From contig CAWGNS010000008.1 of assembly GCA_963824095.1 (NCBI GenBank), positions 833,272 through 897,271 on the forward strand: a stretch of 64,000 bases of DNA. The letters run 5' to 3'. Source of the DNA: Terriglobia bacterium. Lineage in GTDB: Bacteria; Acidobacteriota; Terriglobia; Bryobacterales; UBA6623. The notes under the pieces are model-generated. The model was given only the letters and a program-made list of their open reading frames with translations, was not told where the DNA came from and did not search any database. This document shows, piece after piece, positions 23,919-31,882 of the stretch. A program made the translations under genes and the position numbers. Each line of letters opens with the position of its first letter. Positions within the stretch are counted from its first letter, which is position 1.

Positions 23919-25559
23919 GTGGCGGTGAGCGAAACACAATCCAGCAAAGCGCTTACGCGACGCTCCGCAATCACGGCCATCCTGGTGATTGCCGCCTGCT
24001 CGCTGATCGGCGGCGCCTTCGGGCCGCACATCGGCAGCGCGGCGGCGGCTTCGGACAAGGAATCGGTCAAGGACTACTCGCACGACCTGGCCGCCGCTCT
24101 GGACATCATCCAGCAAAACCTGGCCGAACCCGGCGACTGGACCCGCGCCATCTACCTGGGTGCGATTCCGGCGATGCTCAACCGGCTCGACCCGCACTCG
24201 CAGTTTTTCGATCCCGACGCGTTCCGGCGGCTGCGCGAAGAGCAGCGCGGACACTACGCCGGAGTCGGTATGCTGATCCGGCAGTTTCGGGGACGTACCA
24301 TCGTCGACGAGCCATTCCCCGATACGCCCGCCTCGCGCGGCGGAGTGCGCCCCAACGACATCATCGACAAGGTCAACGGCGCGACGACCGAGGGCATGAG
24401 CGTGAGCGAAGTGGCTCAGGCGGTGAAGGGCCCCGACGGTACGCCGGTGCGGCTCACCTTGCTGCGCAAGGGCGCCGACAAGCCGCTGGATGTCGAGCTG
24501 GTGCGCGCCGAGGTGTTGCGGCCGAGCGTCCCCAACGCGTTCATGCTGGATCACTCGACCGGTTACATCAAGATCGACAACTTCAATGAGAACACCGACA
24601 GCGAGCTGGACGACGCGCTCGACCGCTTCGATGAGCACGGCTTGCAAGGGCTGATTCTCGACCTGCGCGGCAACAACGGCGGACTACTCAGCGCCGGCGT
24701 CCACGTGGCAGACCGTTTTCTGGACCGCGGGCAGACCATCGTTTCCCACCGCGGCCGGGCCTCGCGCGAACGCGTCTACAGCGCGCGGCAGGGCAACGGC
24801 GGTCAACACTATCCGATGGCGGTTCTGGTCGATTGCCAGTCGGCTTCGGCGGCCGAGATCGTGGCCGGGGCTTTGCAGGACCATGACCGCGCCTTGATCG
24901 TGGGCACCAACACATTCGGAAAAGGACTGGTGCAGTCGGTGTTCAACCTGCCCGAGACCACGGGCCTGGTGTTGACCACGGCGCGCTACTACACGCCGAC
25001 CGGACGCCTGATCCAGCGGCCCTACGACAATCGCTCGCTGACCGAATACTATGCCGACCCATGCCGCGGCGGCTTCCACTCGCCTCACGACGACGCCCGG
25101 CTCACCGACAACGGCCGCCCGGTGTACGGCGGGGGCGGGATCACTCCCGACATCGAGATGCCGCCGGCGACGCTCGACGATTTCCAGCAGCGGCTGCAGT
25201 TCGAGCGGGCCTTCGAGGGCTACGCGGAGCAGGTGCGCCGAGCGCATCCCGAGGCCATCGATACCTGGCGCGCGGGCGATAAGGAACTCGCGGAATTCCG
25301 CCAGTATCTGACAGCGGATAAGATCCCCTACACCGACGAAGACCTGGAGCGCCACCGCGAATACATTCGGCGAACGGTCACGCGGCAGGTGTTCTCAGCC
25401 TGGCGTGGCATTTACGCCGGCGCTCAGGTCGACGTGCAACTCGACCCGGAAGTGAAGCGGGCGATGGAGCTTTTGCCGCAGGCCAGCACTTTGTTGCGCA
25501 AGGATGGCGGCGCCCTGGCGCAGAAGTATAGCGAGTCCAGCAGCCGCCAAACCCAATAG
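23919..25559 (+). CDS. S41-family C-terminal processing peptidase (paralogue 1)
   Basis: ORF track, 546 aa, GTG start. N-terminal anchor, PDZ region (GVGMLI...), LDLRGNNGGLL, SASAAEIVAGALQDHDRALIVGTNTFGKGLVQ (Ser/Lys dyad). Confidence 0.9.
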   Translation: MAVSETQSSKALTRRSAITAILVIAACSLIGGAFGPHIGSAAAASDKESVKDYSHDLAAALDIIQQNLAEPGDWTRAIYLGAIPAMLNRLDPHSQFFDPDAFRRLREEQRGHYAGVGMLIRQFRGRTIVDEPFPDTPASRGGVRPNDIIDKVNGATTEGMSVSEVAQAVKGPDGTPVRLTLLRKGADKPLDVELVRAEVLRPSVPNAFMLDHSTGYIKIDNFNENTDSELDDALDRFDEHGLQGLILDLRGNNGGLLSAGVHVADRFLDRGQTIVSHRGRASRERVYSARQGNGGQHYPMAVLVDCQSASAAEIVAGALQDHDRALIVGTNTFGKGLVQSVFNLPETTGLVLTTARYYTPTGRLIQRPYDNRSLTEYYADPCRGGFHSPHDDARLTDNGRPVYGGGGITPDIEMPPATLDDFQQRLQFERAFEGYAEQVRRAHPEAIDTWRAGDKELAEFRQYLTADKIPYTDEDLERHREYIRRTVTRQVFSAWRGIYAGAQVDVQLDPEVKRAMELLPQASTLLRKDGGALAQKYSESSSRQTQ

Positions 25560-25623
25560 TCTCTGCGTTTTCCGGTAGTGCATCCGCCACTGTTGCGATT
25601 TCCTGCACTGCATCATCGGCCGC

Positions 25624-25759
25624 TCGGAGCCGCGGGCGCCGGCCCGCGCTGAGGCCTCCGGGGCCAGCGCCATTTCGGGCCAGAAAGCAGCCCGGCCAGC
25701 CACCGGCCAGAACATCGAGTTCGGCTTCTGAGCGCGGGCTGACGCCCGCGGCTCCGAGT
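25624..25759. repeat. Perfect 16-bp inverted repeat (CTCGGAGCCGCGGGCG / CGCCCGCGGCTCCGAG) separated by 104 nt, in the spacer between the two S41 genes
   Basis: Read directly. Arms at 25624-25639 and 25744-25759. Confidence 0.8.
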
Positions 25760-26011
25760 GGCGATGCGGGGCGGCATGCCAAGTCAAGAGGCCCAACAGG
25801 ATGCCGCGTGAACGATGCGAAACGGTGACCGCCCGGAACGGCGACTGCCCCGCCGCGGCGCCCAGCCAGGGTGCGACGAAACGCCGTGCTGGTTCGCGCC
25901 GTCGTTAGTGAGCAACAGTATTGTGGCCCGGCTGTCCTGCCGGACCCCCTTGCTATACTGATGTTGCGTTCGCGGGCCGATGGCGGCTTCGAGGGGGAGG
26001 TTCTCAACTCC

Positions 26012-27622
26012 ATGGTGCGAAAGTGGCGTTTCCCGCTATTTGTTCCGACAGCCGTCTTGTTGGGAGCCTTGATTGGCGGCCTTTACGGGCCGAAGATCGG
26101 AGTCGCTTCGGCGGCTTCCGACGACGACGTCAAGGATAATTTCCGCTCCTTCACCAAGGTATTGGCGCTGGTCGAGCAGAACTACGCCGAGCCGATCGAC
26201 GCCGAGAAGGCGATCTATCAGGGCGCCATCCCGGTGATGTTGCGGACACTCGATCCGCACTCGCAGTTCTTCGATCCCGACGCATTCCGGCAGCTCAAGG
26301 ACGACCAACGCGGCGAATACGCCGGCGTGGGCATGCAGATCGGCCCCGACGCGGCCTCCGAGCGCACGGTGGTCATCGCCCCGTTTCCGAAAACGCCCGC
26401 CTATCGCGCCGGAATACGGCCGCGCGACGTGATCGCCGAGGTGGACGGCGAGTCCACCGACGGATTGAACACCGAAGAAGTCGCCAAGCGGCTGCGAGGA
26501 CCCGCCGGCACGCAGGTGAATATCGGCGTCGAGCGGCGCGGCGTGGAAGGCCTGTTGCGCTTCAAGGTGACCCGCGCCAGCATCCCGCGCAAGAGCGTGC
26601 CGATCGCTTTCGAGGTGCAACCCAACATCGGCTTCGTGAAAATCGAAGCGTTCAACGAAACCACCGGCCAAGAGCTCGATGATGCCCTCGATCAACTGGG
26701 CCAGGAACACCTGCAGGGCCTGATTCTGGACCTGCGGGGCAACCGCGGCGGCCTGCTGAGCGAAGGCGTTCACGTCGCCAACGATTTTCTCGAGAAGGGC
26801 CAGACGATCGTTTCGCACCACGGCCGCAACTCGACCGAGCGCGTTTATAAGGCGCAGCAGGGCAACCAGGGGCTGGTCTACCCGATGGTGGTGATGGTGA
26901 ATTGCGATTCGGCATCGGCGTCGGAGATCGTCGCCGGCGCGCTGCAGGATCACGACCGCGCCCTGGTGGTCGGCAACAATACCTTCGGCAAGGGCCTGGT
27001 TCAGACCGTTTACCCAATCGATGAGTCCTCGGGCTTGGCGCTGACCACGGCGCGCTATTACACGCCGAGCGGCCGGCTGATCCAGCGCCGCTACGACGGC
27101 GTCAGCTTGGTCGAGTATTACTCGAATCCCTGCAGCCCGCACTTCAAGCCGGTTCACGACGACGTCCGCCTCACCGACCAGGGCCGCCAAGTGTTCGGCG
27201 GCGGCGGTATCACTCCCGACGTCAAGCTGACCGAAGAAAAGTGGAACGACTTTCAACTGCAGTTGCGGCGCATGGCGGTCTTCTCCAGCTTCGCGCAGGA
27301 GCTGACGCTGAAGAATCCCAACCTGCCCAAGGGTTGGGAGCCGACCGACGCCACCCTGGAAGAATTTAAGAAGTTTCTCACCAGCGAGAAGATCGACTTC
27401 AAGGAATCCGATTTCGACGACAACCGCGAATTCATCAAGCGCTTTCTCAAGCGCGAGGTGTACGTGGCCGCCTACGACCTCGACGAGGGGCTCAAGGTGT
27501 TTTACCGGCTCGACCCCGAGGTGCAGCAGGCGGTGAAGCTGATGCCCCAGGCGCAAACGCTGCTGAAGAATGGCAAGCAGATCTTGGCCCAGCAGCGCGG
27601 CGCGTCTCCCGGAGCGAAGTGA
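26012..27622 (+). CDS. S41-family C-terminal processing peptidase (paralogue 2)
   Basis: ORF 25871-27622 trimmed to the ATG at 26012 (MVRKWRFPLFVPTAVLLGALIGG), with a GGGGGAGG RBS upstream. Collinear with paralogue 1: LDLRGNRGGLL, SASASEIVAGALQDHDRALVVGNNTFGKGLVQ. Confidence 0.9.
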   Translation: MVRKWRFPLFVPTAVLLGALIGGLYGPKIGVASAASDDDVKDNFRSFTKVLALVEQNYAEPIDAEKAIYQGAIPVMLRTLDPHSQFFDPDAFRQLKDDQRGEYAGVGMQIGPDAASERTVVIAPFPKTPAYRAGIRPRDVIAEVDGESTDGLNTEEVAKRLRGPAGTQVNIGVERRGVEGLLRFKVTRASIPRKSVPIAFEVQPNIGFVKIEAFNETTGQELDDALDQLGQEHLQGLILDLRGNRGGLLSEGVHVANDFLEKGQTIVSHHGRNSTERVYKAQQGNQGLVYPMVVMVNCDSASASEIVAGALQDHDRALVVGNNTFGKGLVQTVYPIDESSGLALTTARYYTPSGRLIQRRYDGVSLVEYYSNPCSPHFKPVHDDVRLTDQGRQVFGGGGITPDVKLTEEKWNDFQLQLRRMAVFSSFAQELTLKNPNLPKGWEPTDATLEEFKKFLTSEKIDFKESDFDDNREFIKRFLKREVYVAAYDLDEGLKVFYRLDPEVQQAVKLMPQAQTLLKNGKQILAQQRGASPGAK

Positions 27623-27677
27623 TGGCTCGCGGCCCGATAGGCAGCGGCCTCGGATAGGCGGCTGGCGCGGGCAGGTC

Positions 27678-27705
27678 GCTGGCGGTTAGAGGCTGGCGGT
27701 TAGAG
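27678..27705 (+). repeat. Tandem duplication, 2 x 14 nt (GCTGGCGGTTAGAG)
   Basis: Read directly. Confidence 0.85.
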
Positions 27706-27769
27706 GTCGCGGCCGTTCAAGCGCCGCTAGCGATGGGTCACGGTTTGGGCGGTGGGTCTTGGCTTTGTC

Positions 27770-27811
27770 CTCGCCGCTTCGCAGCGAGGACAGGCGGAAG
27801 CGCCTATCTCT
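27770..27811 (+). repeat. R2' double-hairpin repeat (CTCGCCGC-TTCG-CAGCGAG plus GACAGGCG-GAAG-CGCCTATC)
   Basis: Read directly. Second copy of 20634-20675. Confidence 0.8.
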
Positions 27812-27846
27812 GCTTTCACCGTGCGGTCGGACGAAAACCGGCTGTT

Positions 27847-29124
27847 TTAGTGGGCTACAGCCTCGGCCTCCAGCATCGGCACCAGGTTTCCCGCTTCGTC
27901 GAACTCAATCGTTTCGGGCTCGCTGAGGATCTCGATGTGGGGATTCTTCTTGAGCTCTCCCAGCAAGTTTTCGCTCGCCAGCATTTCCCCCAGCTCCATC
28001 GTGTTGCGGATCCACACGATGGTGCATTCCGAAATATCCAGCTTGTCCCAGGTCGGTAGGATTTTCTCCAGGCACTCGCGGTCGGTGGGGAAGTGGATCG
28101 GCGCTTTCGACGGCAGCGGATTCGAGGCGGTGAGGCTGTTAATCCAGGTGGCGTTGAAGTCGATCTTGTTAAACAACCGGTCGGTAACGATGTCGGTGAG
28201 GCCGATGCCGATAGCGTTGCCGTAGCTCAGGTCGGTGAGGTCGCGGGTAAACACGCGGCGGACCAGCGGCACGCCCGGCCACTTGTTGGGCCCTTGCGGA
28301 CCGCGGTTGATGACCTTGGCGTCCATGCCGGTGCCGCTGATGTTCTTGCCCATCTCGTCGACGATGAGCAGGTCGACCTCGCCGACGGGGATGTTCGCCT
28401 TCCAGGTCTTGGTGCGGCTCAGCAGTTCTTCCTCGCGCTCGGCCATGCCGGCGGTGCCCAGGGCGTGGACCTCGGCCGTGTTGTGGTAAGCGTCCTCGAG
28501 GATGGCCAGCCCACCCAGCATCTTGCCGGTATCGAGCACGACCTTGCCGACACTGCGGATCACCTGCTCCATGCCGATGCGCAGACTCCAGGCGTGGTAG
28601 CGCTTGGCGCCTTCCCACTTGCCCAGGCCGATCGCCATCATCTTGTGCACGCCGCTTTCGAGCTTGCCTGCGAAGCTGGTGTGCCACTTGACGCGGCTGA
28701 GCAGCATGACCCCGTCGCTTTCCAGCGCGGTGCGGTCCATCGAGACGTCGATGCCTTCGGGCGTCGTGCCGATTTTCACCACATCGAGCGAACTGACCAC
28801 CGGTACGCCCATGGTCTGCTCGGTGATGCCGTAGTGCGCCAGCACGTCGGCCTGCCCTTCGGCGCTGGCGGCCCCGTGGCTGCCCATTACCGGTATCAGA
28901 AACGGCTCGCAGCCGCGCGATTTCCAGAAATCGACGACCGCCTTGGCGATGACGTCGAGGTTGGAGATGCCGCGGCTGCCGGCGCCAATGGCGATGCGGC
29001 TGCCCGAAGGCACGGCCCGGGGCCACTCGGCGGCCTCCATCGAGGCGCGCACGGCGGCGGCAACGTCGGCGAGCTTGTGCTCGGGGAAGTTCTGTCGGAT
29101 GCGAACGAGGCGCTGCAGTTTCAT
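27847..29124 (-). CDS. LarA_N (DUF2088)-like domain protein, function unknown
   Basis: ORF track, 425 aa. GSRIAIGAGSRGISNLDVIAKAVVDFWKSRGCEPFLIPVMGSHGAASAEGQADVLAHYGI and RVKWHTSFAGKLESGVHKMMAIGLGK resemble the family annotated as lactate-racemase-domain proteins (from memory). Confidence 0.65.
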   Translation of the reverse strand: MKLQRLVRIRQNFPEHKLADVAAAVRASMEAAEWPRAVPSGSRIAIGAGSRGISNLDVIAKAVVDFWKSRGCEPFLIPVMGSHGAASAEGQADVLAHYGITEQTMGVPVVSSLDVVKIGTTPEGIDVSMDRTALESDGVMLLSRVKWHTSFAGKLESGVHKMMAIGLGKWEGAKRYHAWSLRIGMEQVIRSVGKVVLDTGKMLGGLAILEDAYHNTAEVHALGTAGMAEREEELLSRTKTWKANIPVGEVDLLIVDEMGKNISGTGMDAKVINRGPQGPNKWPGVPLVRRVFTRDLTDLSYGNAIGIGLTDIVTDRLFNKIDFNATWINSLTASNPLPSKAPIHFPTDRECLEKILPTWDKLDISECTIVWIRNTMELGEMLASENLLGELKKNPHIEILSEPETIEFDEAGNLVPMLEAEAVAH

Positions 29125-29261
29125 ACCTACGGGTATTATATAGCCCGCCTTTAGGGGCCGGATTCATGTGCGGTTTTGGGGCGTGGCGGCGGAAGGATGT
29201 TGAAGGGCGGGTTTGGTGGATTGGGGGCGGTGGTTTGGGGGCGGGCCTTGCTTGGGTTGGG

Positions 29262-29300
29262 CCGCAGGTCTGGAAAAACGCCAGCCCTGCGCTACGGGGG
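29262..29300 (-). repeat. R5 hairpin repeat, long-loop variant (CCGCAGGTCTGGAAAAACGCCAGCCCTGCGCTACGGGGG)
   Basis: Read directly. Related copies at 56395-56560 and 58287-58404. Confidence 0.75.
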
Positions 29301-29323
29301 CCGGCGCTGTTTTTCCGGTCACA

Positions 29324-29332
29324 TGATAGAAT
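29324..29332 (+). promoter_or_regulatory. Extended -10 promoter element TGATAGAAT, 20 nt upstream of tRNA-Ala
   Basis: Read directly. The TGnTAnAAT pattern and its position fit a tRNA promoter. I see no clear -35 element. Confidence 0.4.
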
Positions 29333-29351
29333 TTAGAGAGTTGCAGATTAG

Positions 29352-29427
29352 GGGCGGCTAGCTCAGCTGGGAGAGCGCGGCGTTCGCAACGCCGAGGTCG
29401 TGGGTTCGATCCCCATGCCGTCCACCA
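29352..29427 (+). tRNA. tRNA-Ala (anticodon CGC), CCA encoded
   Basis: Manual cloverleaf. Acceptor GGGCGGC/GCCGTCC with the G3:U70 alanine identity pair. D arm GCTC-AGCTGGGA-GAGC. Anticodon arm CGGCG-TTCGCAA-CGCCG. T arm GTGGG-TTCGATC-CCCAT. Then ACCA. Confidence 0.95.
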
Positions 29428-29519
29428 ACCTTCCTTTTCCCTCCGAAACCCGGAACCTCATTGATCTCGAAACGCGGGCGTCCAGAGCCTGAACATCGCT
29501 CGGCATTCGGAGTCCCAGG

Positions 29520-30806
29520 TCAAACCGCGACCGGGGCGGGCTCCAACTGCGAAAACACGTAGGGGCCTTCGGGGATCACCACCAGCGATCCGCCGGCGGG
29601 AATGCGCGCCACCAGATCGTCGACCGCCTGTTGCGGGGTTTCGAAAGCGGGTCCCCACAGGGTGGGATAGTCGTCGCGCGAAATGCCCGGCAGGCAGAAT
29701 GACAACTTCGCCATGGCGGCGACCAGGGCCAGCTTTTCGGCCTGCCACTGATCGATGCGCACGGGCGAGGTTTCGAGTTGCTCGAGCAGCGTCTTCCAGT
29801 CGGGCGAGCGGCGCACCAGTTCGCTGAATTCGGGTCCGCCCAGGCCCTCTCCGCAGGCCGCCACCAACAACACCGTGCCTCCGGGCTTGACGACGTGGGC
29901 CGCCGCGGTGACGCCCTTGATGGCCTGGTAGTAGGTCAGATCGAGCGGATAGCCGCCCGAGGTGGTCAGCACGGCATCGGCGGGCTCGTCGACCGCGGCC
30001 AGCGTCGATTCGCGCACGAACCGCACCCCGGCGGCGTGCGCCGTCACCGGGTCGCCGGCGAACACGGCGGCGATGCCACGCGCGCGGGTCAGCGCCACGT
30101 CAATCATGAAGTGGTGGCCGGCCAGGCGCGAGATCTCGAGCAGGTCGCGGTGCAGTGGGTTGTCGGGATAGCAGCCTTCGGTGACCTGCGGGTTGCGCAT
30201 GAAATGCGGACTGTGGAGCCGCTTGATGGTGGTCTCGCCGGCGCAGCCGGGGGCGACAAGTTTGCGTCCGCCGGAAAACCCGGCCATCAGGTGCGGCTCG
30301 ATAAAGCCGAGCGTGACGTGGAGGTCGGCCTCCACGAAGCGGCGGTCGATGTAGACCTTGGTGCCGCTGGAGGTTTCCCCCAAAAAGGCCTGCTCTTCGG
30401 CGACCCGCGCGCGGTGCGACGCAACTGGGTAGCGCGCCAGCATCTCGGGGCCGACGATCTCGTCGATCTCGGCGGGCGTCGCTTCGCGGTGCAGCCCGGT
30501 GGCGATGAGGATGGAGATTTTCTCACGCGGGATGCCGCCGCGTTCGAGCGCCGCGGTGACGTGCGGCAGCACCAGCCGGTTGGGCGCCGGGCGGGTGATG
30601 TCACACACCGCGATCACGGCGCTCCGCTTGCCGCGCGCCAACTCTTCGAGAGCGGGCGAGTTGAGCGGATGCTGGATCGCCGTGGCCAGGGCGCGATCGG
30701 CGTCGGCGACGGCCTCGGCAAAGCGGGGTTCGAGAATGGTGGTGCGAACAGACGCGGGAAGCTCGATCTCGGCCCCGGCCTTGTCGTAAGCGAGCTTGAT
30801 CTTCAT
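29520..30806 (-). CDS. LarA-family (nickel-pincer-dependent lactate racemase-like) protein
   Basis: ORF track, 428 aa. AVIAVCDITRPAPN, ILIATGLHR and GFIEPHLMAGFSGGRKLVAPG are LarA/DUF2088 hallmarks. Confidence 0.8.
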   Translation of the reverse strand: MKIKLAYDKAGAEIELPASVRTTILEPRFAEAVADADRALATAIQHPLNSPALEELARGKRSAVIAVCDITRPAPNRLVLPHVTAALERGGIPREKISILIATGLHREATPAEIDEIVGPEMLARYPVASHRARVAEEQAFLGETSSGTKVYIDRRFVEADLHVTLGFIEPHLMAGFSGGRKLVAPGCAGETTIKRLHSPHFMRNPQVTEGCYPDNPLHRDLLEISRLAGHHFMIDVALTRARGIAAVFAGDPVTAHAAGVRFVRESTLAAVDEPADAVLTTSGGYPLDLTYYQAIKGVTAAAHVVKPGGTVLLVAACGEGLGGPEFSELVRRSPDWKTLLEQLETSPVRIDQWQAEKLALVAAMAKLSFCLPGISRDDYPTLWGPAFETPQQAVDDLVARIPAGGSLVVIPEGPYVFSQLEPAPVAV

Positions 30807-30996
30807 GGTTCTCTAGCGGTGTGCTCTATCGGTTCATGCTAACAAAGCCGCGCGGAAGCGAGCGGAGGTGTGTGGCTGTTCGATCGAGGAGGACCGGGTT
30901 TGGGCTGGGAGTTTTTCCCGCGCGCGGTCCGGTGCGGCAGCGGCGCTTGCATTCTCGCGCCTGTTCCCCGTATTGTGCAGCAGGATCGGAGGATTC

Positions 30997-31686
30997 ATGC
31001 CCCAAACGCTGTTGGCCCTCGGCGCGCACTACGACGATTGCGTCTTCGGCATCCCTGGGATTCTGCTGCAGGCGGTGAGCAAGCACTACCGCGTGGTGAT
31101 CGTGGCGATGATCGGCGACTACGAAAACTGGGCGCCCGCCAAGGGCCGCACCGCCGAACTCAAGAAAGGCACCATCGAAATCGCCAAGCGGCACGGCGCC
31201 GAGATGCTCTATCTGGACTTCAAGTCGGGGCACTTCGAGGTCACCGAAGACACCAAGCGCGCGGTGGCGGAAGTCGTCGCCGAGGTGCGTCCCGACGTGG
31301 CGTTCCAGCTTTGGCCGCGCGACAACCATCCCGACCACGAAGCGGCATCGAGCCTGAGCAAGGCCGCGTTGAACCTTACCGACCGAGTGCTCGAAAGCGA
31401 CCCGGTGCCGGGGCCACGGCGCGCCTACTACTACGACAACGGACCGCGTCACACAATCGGCTTCGAGCCCGACACGTTCGTCGACGTCACGCCGCAGTGG
31501 CAGACGGCGATCGACTGGCTCGGCGAGTTCATGGCGCTGGTGCGCAATGAGCCCTACCGGCCGGGAACGCTCGACGGCGCACAAAATCTGAAGCTGGCGA
31601 TCGCGCGCTACCGCGGCCAAACCTGCGGCGTGGGCTATTGCGAAGCGCTGCGGGCGATTCACCCTTACCCGCGCGAAATTCTGTAG
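30997..31686 (+). CDS. PIG-L / LmbE-family deacetylase
   Basis: ORF 30868-31686 trimmed to the ATG at 30997, which follows a GGAGGA RBS. The N-terminus is LLALGAHYDDCVFG (AHxDD motif), followed later by PDHEA. Confidence 0.8.
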   Translation: MPQTLLALGAHYDDCVFGIPGILLQAVSKHYRVVIVAMIGDYENWAPAKGRTAELKKGTIEIAKRHGAEMLYLDFKSGHFEVTEDTKRAVAEVVAEVRPDVAFQLWPRDNHPDHEAASSLSKAALNLTDRVLESDPVPGPRRAYYYDNGPRHTIGFEPDTFVDVTPQWQTAIDWLGEFMALVRNEPYRPGTLDGAQNLKLAIARYRGQTCGVGYCEALRAIHPYPREIL

Positions 31687-31882
31687 CGGGCCGGGCCACG
31701 GAAGGGGCTCGGGTGGGAAATACACGGCCGAATCCGGGGGCGCGATAGGCGAATCGCCGGATAGGACCCCGCGGCGTGATCCAGTATCCTGAACAAAGGG
31801 CAGACAGGCCCCCGCGGCGGTTTGCGGGTGTCCGGCCCGCAGAGCGAACGGCTTTTCCGGCGCGCCGCGCGGGGTTCCACGG

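Noticed and set aside
29352-29427. tRNA-Ala as an integration site of a genomic island
   Set aside because: There is no integrase or recombinase and no duplicated tRNA 3'-end direct repeat that I could find. The flanking genes (LarA-family, PIG-L) have the same composition as the rest of the window.
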